Shown: positions 25,011 to 37,499 of the stretch, piece by piece
Position numbering within the stretch: the first letter of the stretch is position 1
How the letters are laid out: every line of letters starts with the position of its first letter
Origin: Octopus vulgaris
Lineage: Eukaryota
Assembly (NCBI GenBank): GCA_951406725.2
Contig: OX597817.1
Coordinates: 83,700,001-83,764,000 of the forward strand
Direction: 5' to 3'
DNA length: 64,000 nucleotides
Position numbers and translations under genes: made by a program
Notes under the pieces: generated by a model
What the model was told of the DNA's origin: nothing
Seen by the model: only the letters and a program-made list of their open reading frames with translations
Database searches by the model: none

Positions 25011-26399
25011 AAATAGAAATAAGTTTATCGTTAGTGTTCATTCAAAAAAGAACATATTTTCTTCAAGATTTTTATATCATAAGAAAGAAAAATTTCTCAT
25101 GAATTTAATTCAGTCATTGCTGAATCTGGCCATGATATAGCAAAAAAGCACAAAGTCAATGGTACTACCACAGCAGCTCATATAGGTTTAACACATACTG
25201 ATGCTACTTGTCAAACTGGTGTATTTCTGCATGATGAGAGGTCAAATGGAACATGAATCCAAAGTTTCAAATATCAAATTTGAGCCAGAATTTCTAGAAA
25301 TGGACAAACTAATTACTAAGTAAACATATACTTCTATGGAAAAAAACCTTGCTAAATTGAGCTACATAAGTCTTCTAGAGCCCAAAATTAGCATGGATTC
25401 ATCACATTGAAGATGTTGTTTATTCCCTCTCACTGCTTTAATGTGTGGAGAGTGATGTCCAAATATTACCTAGTAGGTATTTTTCTTTGAGAAAGATTGG
25501 TCAAATTTCACCAATAAAAATTATATTGTGCAGAGAATATTATTTTGTAGGCTATTAAAGTTCATTATTATATTTTGTTTTCTTTCTTTTTACCAATTTT
25601 GAATAGTCAGATAATTTGTGGTAATGTTTACCTGTCCATAAGTAGTGCTGATTCATTTTATTTCATTTTCAAGAACCTGAAAAGAAATAAGCAACTGCTA
25701 TATCATGGAGACTGTTAATTTGCGCAATTTGAAGATGATTATCACCTTGGTTTCAAAACCATTACATCACAAATATGGCTAATTATTCATTTAGGCTGAT
25801 TAGGCAAAACTTTGACCAATTTGCTGATCATTCAAATTGTCGCATTTCTTAAAATATTCATCCAGATTTCACAAATGTGGTATCAAAATATTCCTTTTGG
25901 GATGCTCACCAAAAACAAAAAAAACAAAAAAAATACAGTAGACATTACTTTTAAATATTTTCAAAATTCATAGTGATACCTAATAGAAATATAGTCATCA
26001 TCGTCATCATCATTGTTTTAATGTCTACTTTTCTATGCTCTTCTTGTTGCCAACTTTCACCTGTTTTCAAGCAAAGTACTATTTCTTCACAGCTAGATAT
26101 GGTTTCATGGAAAAACAACTGACATTGTTACTATGACAGTAACACTCATTTACAACTATCAAAAGATATCAAGACTTAGAGGCATAAACACACACATATG
26201 CAAATGTGTCTTGTATATATCTATATATACATATGTGTGTGTGTGTGTGTGTGTTTAATTTGTTTTAGGCAAATGCCTCTGAATGAGTTCATAAAAGCTC
26301 CTATGATATAAATAATATTCAATAATATTATTGTGAAAATGTCCTCACAAATGAACATCAGGAATGCAGAAATGTATGTCTCAATACATTAATAAAGTC

Positions 26400-28259
26400 T
26401 AAAAACAAGCACCCATTACTTCATATCCATACTTCCAGTATAGTAACCAGTGAAGGTTTTGCACTACCTTGTCGTCTGCGTATGTACTCTTTCTGTGCAC
26501 AGCTTTCACAAGCACTAACAATGTGAGTCATGCTTTTGACCTTCTTCCCACACATTCTGCAGAGGTTCGTAGAACTTGTGTGGTATATATCTCTTTTCAC
26601 TGAGTTGGTATTCAATGCCTGATCTGGGGCAGCAATGATTAGGCTTTCAGTCTTCTTTTTTAGGTTACCCTTGCTGAGCTACCTCTAGGATGCTTCTGGG
26701 TCTTTTAAGTTGTTAGTTTTACAGTGGAACTGACCATGTAATACCATGCAGAATAGAGTTTTTTCTCTTACATTGGCTGTTTGTGTTTGGAATTCATTAG
26801 CACTCTCAAGTCCATTTTTGGTAAATCCTTCTGCATTAGCAACATAGTGTAGCAGGTCTTGTTTGCTGTTTACCAAATATTCTGCCATGTTTCTTCTTTC
26901 ACTGTTGATGCACTACCATATTCTAATCAGCCCACCGTTACACCCCTTCATGTAGAGCCTGTGTATGTTCGCCTATTCATTGCCATCGTCATTCAGGTAG
27001 TGCAGTCGAGTTGGTTGATCCCCACTCATGTCCATTTCAGGATGGGTACACTGTAGCGGACTACAGCAACAACCCATATGTTGATGGCAGTCCCCAGGTA
27101 CTTTGAGTTCAGTTTTGATTTCAAGAGAAGTTTGAGGTGCTTCAAATATACAGTGATTACCTTGTCTTTCATTTCTCTGTGCAAGATATTGTCCTGCTTC
27201 AGGATCCCAAAGTACTTGTACCCATCATCATATGGGTCTTCCACTCACTCTCTGTTTGGGAATTCTACGCCCTTACAATCTCCTCTTTTACCTCATTTCA
27301 AAGTGAGCACTGCAAACTTCAAGATACCGAATTCCATCACTATATCCTTGATGCACATCTGTACAGTCTCAACCAGCCTCTCCATTTCAGGCTCTGTTTT
27401 TGCGAACAGTTTTAAATCATCCATGAAGAGAAGGTGGTTGAGATGAGATCCATTCTTTCTCAGCTTATAGTGCACATTGACTTTGCTTAGGACTACAGAA
27501 AGTAGGATCAAGGCTATAACAAATAAGAAACGTTAACAAGAGTCTCCTTGGAAGATACCACTTTTGATTGTTACCTCAACTAAGTGCTTGTTGTTACAGA
27601 AAAGATGTGTTTTCCAACTAGGCATACTGTTCTTAATCAGTGCACATATGTTCTCAGCTATTCCACATATGTCGAGTGTTTCCAAAATCCACGAATGCAG
27701 CAACATGTTATAAGCCTTTCTAAAGTCTGTCCAGGCCATGTACAAATTTTTTTGGTACCATTTGGATCCTTTCCAGCATCCCTTTTGCTCTACCAGAAGT
27801 AGATTGTATTCTGCAAGGAACGTATGTATTTTCTCTGTGAGGATGCCTATTAATATTCTCCATAAGAGGTTAAGGCAAGCAATGGGTCGATAATTGCCAA
27901 CCTCATTGCCCTTTGATCTTTCATCAACAATGTTGTCTTTCTCTCCAGAACTGCACCACTCTGTAGGCAATTGTCTAACTGCAATGCAGTTCACTTGTGT
28001 GTTGACCTAAACCACATGAGCTGTTGCCTTGATTTCTGTCTGGTCCTGCTGCTTTCCAGTTTGGCAATTTTGATACCTGTGCAATTACATCTTCCATTGT
28101 TATGCGCACATGGTCCTGTCATGGAGCCTCCAGATGATGGAGTTTGGATCTCATATTATCGTCTTTATCTCATGCTCAGCCCTTAAAAAACTGCCTCTGG
28201 TTGTTTGAGAATAACCTGTTTTGCTGGAGCTGCGATATGTGATCAGTGTAACATTGCAC

Positions 28260-28260
<1 letters not shown>
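26400..28260 (-). mobile_element. Decayed RLE-type non-LTR retrotransposon, R4/Dong-like
   Basis: NYRPIACLN, AWTDFRKAY, GIFQGDS, LNHLLFMDDLKL, YKYFGI; CCHC knuckle CRMC..MTHIVSAC; abuts (TAA)n. Confidence 0.82.

Positions 28261-28262
<2 letters not shown>

Positions 28263-28314
<52 letters not shown>
28263..28314. repeat. (ATT)n microsatellite
   Basis: Direct reading. Confidence 0.95.
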
Positions 28315-29703
28315 GTGTTTGTTTTTATATGCAGTTATAATAAAAATAATTTTACATTAATCTGATGAACTCCTTTATACTTTTGTAGAGTACAAATTTG
28401 AGAATAATAAATATATATCTTTAAATATATACTAGTACAAACAAGCTATCTTTAAGACTGCTTGTTTTACATTGGTTGCATATCATTGTATTATAAATTC
28501 TTATAGCATACGTACATAAGTATACATATGACATGAATCTGAGGAAAAAGCTGGCAAGATATACAACATAAATGAAGAATGAACATCAATAACAGAAAAC
28601 CTAAAGCAATGAAAATTTATTACCTGAATACTGCCAATAAATTTTAATACACACACACACTGTGGTGCATTTTTTGATACAGTTAGTATTCATAACTAAA
28701 AACAATATCATTATAAATACCATTATCCTGTTTATGTTTATATGTAGCAAAAAACTGAACTCATCGCATTCAGATTGTTATCACCTTTTTGATGCAAACT
28801 GAACAAAATAAATATATTCTTTGTTTATATATAGCATGTGGTTATGTAATTATGTATTGATACATACAGAATGAAAGTGAAGCAAAGGCAAAGGAAGCTG
28901 ATATGTCAGTATACAATAGCAATGTAATCTTAGTATTATTTATGTTAAAGTAATGGGCCTACATACACAAATGTGCCCCACTGACTTTGTTTCCTCATAA
29001 CTTCCAGAAAAATAGAAATCTTGTTTGATTGAATTTTCTACAAATACTCTTCAGGTGGTGTATATTCAAATTATATTGGAATTTGTAGTGAAAAAATAAA
29101 GTTTTAAAGAGAGTGGGAGAGGATTTTCAGAAAACTGACATGTGTTAGCATTGTTGCCTCATAACTTTCAGAAAAATGGGTTTTTTTAAATAAAAATTCT
29201 ACAAATGCCTTTCAGAGTATATGAATTATGAATATATAGAAATTTGGTGTGAAAAGATTGGTGATATCAAGGAAAAGCTGATGCTGTATTATTTATGCTT
29301 CTTAACTTCATTTTGAATTAATCAGGCATTATCTCATAGCTTTGAGATTTCACCCATGTGATTGCATATTTTCGGAATGACTTTGTAAAGTAGGTGTGGA
29401 AGGCCAGATCTGGCCATTTTGAACATAAAACAGGAAAAAATATTTGGGCCAGATACAGTTAGTTTAAATGTTCAAGAGTTAAAGATTAATCTAAAGACAA
29501 AACCAATCATAAGGTTTTTATTAAGAAGGGCATAAACACTTGCAAAATATCATTAATTGAAAAAAACTATTGGCATTTTTGATACTTTCATAACATTGAT
29601 TTCTTCATTAGGAAAGCACAAGGACTCTTCAGTTGAGAGAATTAGTGACTGGGTAGTGACTGATAATGTTGCAATAACGTTATGTTTGAGGAGTAAAACT
29701 GGA

Positions 29704-30036
29704 AGGCGCGTGGCTCAGTGGTTAGAGCGTCGAGCTTACGATCATGAGGTTGTGAGCTCGAATCCCGGACCGGGCTGCGTGTTGTGTTCTTGAGCAAGAC
29801 ACTTTATTTCACATTGCTCCAGTTCACTCAGCTGTAGAAATGAGTTGCGACGTCACAGGTGCCAAGCTGTATCGGCCCTTGCCTTTCCCTTGGACAACAT
29901 CGGTGACGTGGAGAAGGGAGGCTGGTATGCATGGGCGACTGCTGGTCTTCCATGAAACAACCTTGCCCAGACTTGTGCCTCAGAGAGTAACTCTCTAGGT
30001 GCAAACCCATGGTCAGTGTCTGACCAAAGGGGGTCA
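29704..30036 (+). mobile_element. Well-preserved tRNA-derived SINE (decayed inverted copy at about 61940-62225)
   Basis: A-box TGGCTCAGTGG, B-box-like GCTCGAATCC, CpGs retained, non-tRNA body. Confidence 0.82.
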
Positions 30037-30359
30037 CTATCACTATCAAAAGTAGATTGTAAACTTAAGTTGATACTTATCATATACCTATTTATTATAT
30101 TTATTTTTTATTATGTGAGAAGGCAACAAATGTGTTTTAGAGGGGGAAAATAAAGTTGGCATTAATGATGTCAAGGAAGAAAGATGTCTTTCACAAGACA
30201 TTGAAAATAGCTTGCTTCATTTTCTTCTTCCTCACCTGCCATAGAGATTCAGAATATAGTAGAGTTAATTTATAGTGAATGCCAAAAATTATGTAACACC
30301 TTGAAATCATTGTTATTATCATTTCTTAAAATTAGAGATAAAAACAACCTGTCACCAGC

Positions 30360-30506
30360 ATTCTCTTTCTCCCTCTCTCCCTTCCACTCTCTCTCTTTCT
30401 CTCCCTCTCTCTCTCTCCTTTCCACTCTCTCTTTCTCTACCTTTCACTCTCTCCCTCTCTCTCTCCCTTCCACTCTCTCTCTTTCTCTCCCTTTCACTCT
30501 CTCCCT

Positions 30507-30542
<36 letters not shown>
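30360..30542. repeat. CT-rich polypyrimidine/(CT)n repeat
   Basis: Direct reading. Confidence 0.9.
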
Positions 30543-30543
<1 letters not shown>

Positions 30544-31279
30544 AGCATTAACAAAAGTTAAAATACTTGTTGAAGTTTTTTTTATGGAATCCATGACCCA
30601 AAACTCAGAATAAAGTCATAAAGTTTCTCAAAATTAGAAAAAAGAAATGAATTTTGCCTTTCAATTCCCTTGCAATAACAACAATACCAATTTATAATTA
30701 GTAGTTTAGATTTCAGGTTCAGTTCCACTGCATGGTACCTTATGTAGGTCTTTTCTACTATAGCCACAGGCCAACCAAAGCTTTGTGAGCATATTTGATC
30801 GACACAAACTGAAATAAACCTTATATATATATTCCAAGAAAGTTAAAGGTTGTGAATCCAACCAGCTCAGGGATAATATCTATCCAATATACTACTGGTA
30901 GAATACCCAATTATTAATACACAAGTGTTTTTTATTGCATTGCAATTACATTACCGAGTGTACTAAATGGGTGAGGGTAAAGAGATATTTTACCATTAAT
31001 TTATAGAGCAATAAGAAAATGGAGGGGAGCAATAGGTGGTTCATCAACTTTCAGACATTATATTGTGTCAACTTATTTATTTATTTGCTAAAATGACAAT
31101 TACAAGAATAAACATATATGTATAACATATTATGCGTTACATATAAAATATATTAATATATAAAGATACCAGTAATTATTAAAATATAACATACAGGAAT
31201 ATAAATTGGGAAAATAACTTACAGCTGTTTCAGCCAAGAGGCAAAAATATCTCATTCTACCTTTATTCCTCCAGTAGAG

Positions 31280-31738
31280 TATGCTCAAGTCTACTGTCAG
31301 CAATTAGAGCGTTTGAACGAAGCTTTGAAGAAAAAAAGACCCGCTTTAGTGAATCGAAAAGGAGTGATGTTTCATCAGAACAATGCACAACCCCACACTG
31401 CAAAGATCACATCACAGAAGATCAAAGAACTTGTTTGGGAAAAAACACCTAATCTACCTTATTCTTCTGACCTTGCTCCTTCAGACTACCATTTGTTTCA
31501 TACTTTACAGAATCATTTGGGGTACATAACTTTCACAAGCCAGAAGGAGGTCGAAATTGACATTTGAGAGTTTTTCGCTTTGAAACCAAAAGAGTTTTAC
31601 ATTGATGGGATTAAAAAGCTTGTAAATAGTTGGAAGGAAGTCATAGATAATCAGGGAAAGTATATTAGTGATTAGATTTCAATTAAATATAGCATTTGAT
31701 CACTTGCTTTCTTTATTCAAAATTTGGATAGAACTTAT

Positions 31739-31742
<4 letters not shown>
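31280..31742 (+). mobile_element. Mariner (DD34D) transposase C-terminal remnant ending at (TA)n
   Basis: KRPALVNRKGVMFHQNNAQPH...YSSDLAPSDYHLF. Confidence 0.87.
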
Positions 31743-31791
<49 letters not shown>

Positions 31792-32348
31792 CGTCATGCA
31801 CAAAATACATTCAGTAATTATCAAAGACATGCTTTAGTTTTCCTAAATATTTATTAAAATAAATAAAATAATGATGAACATACACATGTATGTTTCTGCA
31901 TGTATATTTGTATTTGTATGTATATGCATGTTTGTGTGCATGTGTGTGTGTGTGTATCCTTGTCATGACATTGCATGGCAGTTGTAAATGAGCATCACTG
32001 TCATACTAGTGGTGTCCTTTATTTCGAATTTGGTATGTCTAACTATGCAAAATATTACCTTGCTTGTAATCAGGCAAGGGTTGGTGACAGGAAGGGCATC
32101 TGGCCATAGAAAAATCTGCTTCAATAAATTCCACATGACCAATACATAGGAGAGGGCATTAAAATGATGATGATGATAATGATGTTGGTGGTCACAGCAG
32201 CAATTTGACCTCACTAATAAGTTTAACTATATAAATTCTATGGAACATAGATGTTTCCACTGAATTCTTTTTTCGGATGTAATGTTTATATTGCTTTCAC
32301 ATAGAATTTTATGATTTTGATATGCTGTTTGTGTTTTATTCTTCCCAG

Positions 32349-32450
32349 AACCCCACCTCATCCATTCATTACTGTGTGTACAAACCGTCCAGAGAGTTGG
32401 CCTCTTCTACAGCAGCAAATATACCAAATATGTGTCCATCAGAAAGATAT
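32349..32450 (+). CDS. FOCAD: FOCAD exon c (102 nt): TPPHPFITVCTNRPESWPLLQQQIYQICVHQKD
   Basis: cttcccag acceptor, gtaagt donor; PHPxITVxxxRPxxWP motif. Confidence 0.92.
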
Positions 32451-32671
32451 GTAAGTGAATTATTTGTATAGAATAACACATTAAATATTAAGGTTTGTTG
32501 TTAATAATGCTTTAATGGCAGGAATATGAGCTTCATTTCCTCTAGAAGCCCTTGTCAATAGATAGCATTTATTATGTTTGATGGTCTTGTTGAATAAATG
32601 TGTGTCTGTGTCCACTTTTGATCAGCAATTATCTTATGCTTCTTTTTTTTTTCTTTTTTCTTCCCTCATAG

Positions 32672-32864
32672 AATATCTTCAAATGCTGTTGCCATCCTGA
32701 AACCATTTCTGCTCTATACAATTTTGGACCCTGTTCGTCAGGATTCCATGATGCCTATTCGCCTTGCCATACAGCAAATTCTATTTCAGCAAGCCTACTT
32801 AGCTACGTCTGTCGATGATGATCAATACATAGGCTTTCTGTGCTCCATTGTACCTCATATCCAG
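32672..32864 (+). CDS. FOCAD: FOCAD exon d (193 nt): ISSNAVAILKPFLLYTILDPVRQ...GFLCSIVPHIQ
   Basis: Long polypyrimidine tract + tag acceptor, gttggt donor; frame continuity. Confidence 0.88.
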
Positions 32865-33799
32865 GTTGGTTAATTGTATTGCTGGTCTTAATGTAAATGT
32901 AGATGAGCAAATGGTGAAGAAAGTTTACTCTGCAATCATGAGGTGAAAGGTTTGATCACATTATGCTCCAGCTCAGGCAATTGTGTTTTACAATAGTCTA
33001 GGACCCAAGCCTTAAATGAAATTGGGAAGGTGAATAGTATATAGAAGCTCATCAGATAGGCAAATATTAGGGTTGTGGCATTTTTGACCTGTTGGCATCT
33101 CAAAGCACCAACCATCACTCTCAGATATTTAGCTAAGAATAGGATTACCATTTTAAGATTTGGCTGGTATTTTTTCTAGCAAGCTGCTGTGCATAGCAGT
33201 CAAATCTCCCCCAGATCAGACACTACCACCTTAAAAAGAGAGAAGATACATTATAATTGGGATGGCCATGACTGGAATGCCTTTGATTGTATGACCCCTC
33301 ATACAGTGTTCACTTGAGTAGTGGTGGTGTTCGTGGTGGTTGTAGTGCTTACAGTAATTCTGAAACTACCAATATTCATGTATACAAGATGGTTTAAACC
33401 TCAGCGAAGCTATAACTTAGCATAACTTTTCTACATCAAAAGTTTCTTTGCTACATGTTCAGTTCAAGGACTTTTGATTTTTCTTTATTTCTCTCTTTAT
33501 GTTCACCAAAGGTAGCCATTTCTCAATATCTACATTTTCTTCCAACACAAATTGTTAAATAAATAAAGCAGCAAAGAAGCTGCTGTACAACTTGCAGGAA
33601 ATAGTAACCATACCTTCCTCAAATCAAACCCCACTATCTTAAAAAGATAGAAGACACATCGAATGGGGTAGATACACTGTTTGTAAATGCAACGGTTACA
33701 GCTGGAATGCCTTTGATCTAAAGGATCTTTCATACATTGTTGATTTGTGTCAACACATTAGCCATAGAGCATAAATTTGAAGACTGAATAAAATCTGTT

Positions 33800-34130
33800 C
33801 CTAACCACATGGGTTTAGGTTCAGTTCCATAATGTGACCCTTTGGCTGAGTGTCTTCTACTATAGTCCTAGGCTGCCCAAAGCCTTGTGAGTGGGTTAGG
33901 ATTGGTCTGCAAAAGCCCTGTGCTGTGCCATGTAAAAAGCACTTGTGCTGGCACTCCATAAAAGCACCCAGCACACACTGTAAAGTGGTTGGGGTTAGGA
34001 AGGGAATCTGGCCATAGAAACCAAACCAAATCAGACTGGAACCTGATGCAACCCTCCTGTTTGCCAGCTCTGGTCAAACTGTCCAACCCATGTCAGCATG
34101 GAAAACAGCCATTAAAGGAAGATGGTGATG
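33800..34130 (+). mobile_element. SINE with CORE-like 5' part joined to an RTE-type 3' UTR/(GAT)n tail
   Basis: 5' part matches the 5646 family; 3' part matches the reverse complement of 12035-12200. Confidence 0.65.
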
Positions 34131-34145
34131 ACATATATATATGAG

Positions 34146-34362
34146 TAACAAAGAGGTACAGGAGTCAATTCATTACTGCTGTTTCTAATGACTCTTGAGA
34201 AATAATGGAATAAAATTCTAAAAAAAAATAAAATAGGGGTTTGAAGATCATGAAGTCATCAGATGAAAACGGTTTCTTTTCATTGATGTAATGTTCTCAT
34301 TAATCAATTAAAAGAGTCATTAGAAACGGCTGTAATGAATTGACACCTGTACCTCTTTGTTA
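34146..34362 (+). mobile_element. Penelope-pLTR-like element with ~51-bp inverted repeats and a hammerhead-like motif
   Basis: 34146-34196 mirrored at 34312-34362; TCAT-CAGATGA..GAAAC-GGCT-GTA-ATGA. Confidence 0.6.
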
Positions 34363-35934
34363 CACACTTATATTTTATTCACTTATCCTGGAATCTACTC
34401 TTCATCAATTTTATAGACAGTATTTTTAATATAAAGTACATGTCTGAATAGCTAAGAGCAGCTTTCTTCACCCAGCTAGATGTTATCTGTATACACTGCA
34501 AGAATATCATGCGGCCGGCACTTATGCACCAAGTTTGATATTCACTTAATATTGTTGAGTATGCATATTACTCAGACCTAACAAGGTGCCTCAATTTAAG
34601 TACCCATTTCAACTGAATCTTAATTGTATTTTATATATATATATATATATATATATCATCATCATCATCATCATCATCGTTTAACGTTCATTTTCCATGC
34701 TAGCATGCGTTGAATGGTTCAACCAGGGTCTGGGAAGTCAGGAGGCTGCACCAGGCTCCTGTCTGATCTGGCAGTGTTTCTACAGCTGGCTGCCCTTCCT
34801 AATGCCAACCACTCTGTGAATGTAGTGGATGCTTTTTATGTGCCACCAGCATGGAAGCTAGTCACGGCAGCGCTGGCATCAGCTACGTTCGGATGGTGCT
34901 TTTTACGTGCCACTGGCACAGGTATCACAACTACAATTTCCATTTGACTTTTTATTTTGATGTTGATGTACTTGACTCAATAGGTCTCCGAGGGTTGTAT
35001 CTCCAGGTCTTGACATCGTATGATAGTTGTAAAGAAATTGTCACCATCATGGAAGCAGTGTCATTCATTTACAAACTTCCATGGAAACAAGTCTGGTCAT
35101 GGAAAAATACCTTGCTCAGAAACAAGCAGTTTGACAACAAGAATGAGTAACTGTGACACAGAAAGTATACCTTTTCAAGATGTCTGACCCATGCAAACGT
35201 GCTAAAGTAGATGTCAGAATGAAATTGATGATGATAATGATACTGATGATCGTTTGAATTGTCTTTCTGTGATTTTTATGTTTTTTTTTTTTTACTACTT
35301 CATTAGAAATTTTCCAATAGAAATTTATTTAAACTCTGCAAATAGTTGATTTATATTTTAATTTTTTCAAGCAGCATTATAGAGTTACTTTTAACAAAAT
35401 GTAAATACATAGTGATTTTGATTTTAAAAAAATATATATATTGAAATCTCCTTTGATTATATGTAAATGATTAGTTTATCATATGTCCAGCATACAAGTT
35501 GAAGTAGTATATAGTGTGAACATGTAGTGTAACTATTCAAATGTTGTCACTATTTTTCCAAATCCTGCTGCATTTTGCATAGAATTTTTGGTCACCCAAA
35601 GCAGCCTTGTTTTATAAGTTGACCTCCTTGTTTTTTAGCTATAATTTTGGGTCTGAAAAATTTGACTTGTATGCTGAAAAATACAGTATTTAAACCAGCC
35701 ATAATTAGCCCAAATATTCTACCTGTTTTATGTTCATGCCAGCCAGATCTGGCCTCTCACACCTATTCTACAATATCATTCTGAAAATAAACAACCACAT
35801 CATCAAAATCTTGAAGCTACAAGATAATGTATGATTAATTCAAAACAATGTGAATAAATAAGCATTATGTTTGTCAGAATAATCTGAGTGCCAAAGAGTT
35901 AATTTGTTTTCTTTCTTTCCTTTTATTTTTGTAG

Positions 35935-36138
35935 TTAGACTCTTCAAAGTCCATTGGTGAAGGTGTCCAGTTTGTGAGCCAACTGCTTTTCATAATGTTG
36001 CAACAGTCAACATGTCCCTCATTGTTAAGACCTCTAGTACAAAATGCTATGGCATTGTGCTATCTATGTCTACAGAGAGATCTCTCTGTGATGATGCTTA
36101 CTCACAAGATTCTTCAAATTGCTCATAAATGGCCTGAG
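35935..36138 (+). CDS. FOCAD: FOCAD exon e (204 nt): LDSSKSIGEGVQFVSQLLF...ILQIAHKWPE
   Basis: ttttgtag acceptor, gtaagt donor; overlaps ORF 35974..36249; phase 0-0. Confidence 0.85.
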
Positions 36139-36379
36139 GTAAGTGTGTTGATGGTAACTAGCCTTAGATATAATAACATACAGCTTAGTAACATAATGAA
36201 ATGTGTATCCAGCAAAAATGAATTAACATGCATTTTATTGAGGGATTAGCTGTACCAGTTAACACATCAAGGGTTGGTAAAAAAAATCCCAGTTACATTC
36301 TGTTCTCTAAATTCCATTCACTACATTTCTTTCTTCCAAAAAATTTCCGGTTTACAGTCTGTATAAGAAATCATCATCA

Positions 36380-37286
36380 AACCCTGCTGAGATGAACTTT
36401 GCCTTTCATCCTTTTGGAGTCAATAAAGTAAAGTACCAGTCAACTAAGGGCCAATGGAATTGACTAACCTCTTCCCACCAAAATTGCTAACCTTTTGCTA
36501 AAATCTGAAGCTCTCATTTAAGTGGTTAGCTGGCAGAATAATTAGTACATCAAACAAAATGCTTAGTAGTATTTTTTCCAGACTAAAGGCGGTGAGCTGG
36601 CAGAAACATTAGCACATCGGGCGAAATGCTTAGCAGTATTTCGTCTACCGTTACGTTGTGAGTTCAAATTCCGCCGAGGTCGACTTTACCTTTCATCCTT
36701 TCGGGGTCGATAAATTAAGTACCAGTTACTCACTGGGGTCGATGTTATCGACTTAATACCTATGTCTGTCCTTGTTTAGCCCCTTGTGGGTAATAAAGAA
36801 ATAGGTATTTTTTCCAGACTTAAGTTATGAGTTCAGAATTTGCCAAGGTTAACTTTGCCTTTCATCCTTTTGAGGTTAATGAAATAAGTACCAGTAAAAC
36901 ACTGTAGTCGATGTAATCGATTAGTTCCCTCCCCTGAAATTTCAGGCTTTGTGCCTTTAGTAGAAAGGATTATTATTATTATTGTGGTTGATGTAATCAA
37001 CTGACTCCCTCCACCGAAATTGCTGGCCTAATGCCAAAATTTGAAACCATTATTTAATCACAGCAAGCTGGCAGAATGATTAGCATGCTGGGTAAATTGC
37101 TTAGTGCTATTTCATCCATCCTTACATTCTGAGTGCAAATTCCACCAAGATTGACTTTGCCTTTCATCCTTTTGGTTTCGATAAAATGAGTACCAGTCAA
37201 GCACTGGTGTTGATGTAATTGATTTATCACCTCCCCCAAAATTTCAGGCCTTTTTCCTATAGTAGAAAGGATTGTTATTATTATTA

Positions 37287-37354
<68 letters not shown>

Positions 37355-37360
37355 GTGGTT
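36380..37360 (+). mobile_element. Cluster of nested/tandem SINEs with a Meta-like domain (GCCTTTCATCCTTTCGGGGTCGATAAA..AAGTACCAG), ending in (ATT)n
   Basis: Four or more copies; others at about 5300-5635 (+), 6090-6270 (-), 38415-38640 (-), 40556-40785 (+). Confidence 0.72.
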
Positions 37361-37499
37361 GATGTAATGATTCAAAGAGTGTAAAATAAAGGAGAAGCTG
37401 CAAGATATACATTTTATACTTGGTAGAGTTCAAAGTATCTTAACTTTTAAACATTATCCTCATGTCAAAGGTACATTTCACCTTAGCAAGTGGGCAGGT

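Noticed and set aside
28357-28410. Hammerhead-like CTGATGA-ACTC..GAGT-ACAAAT
   Set aside because: GAAA and stem III are not recognisable; too degenerate to count.
29704-29776. Possible tRNA gene
   Set aside because: A/B boxes run straight into a repeated non-tRNA body with several decayed copies; this is a SINE head.
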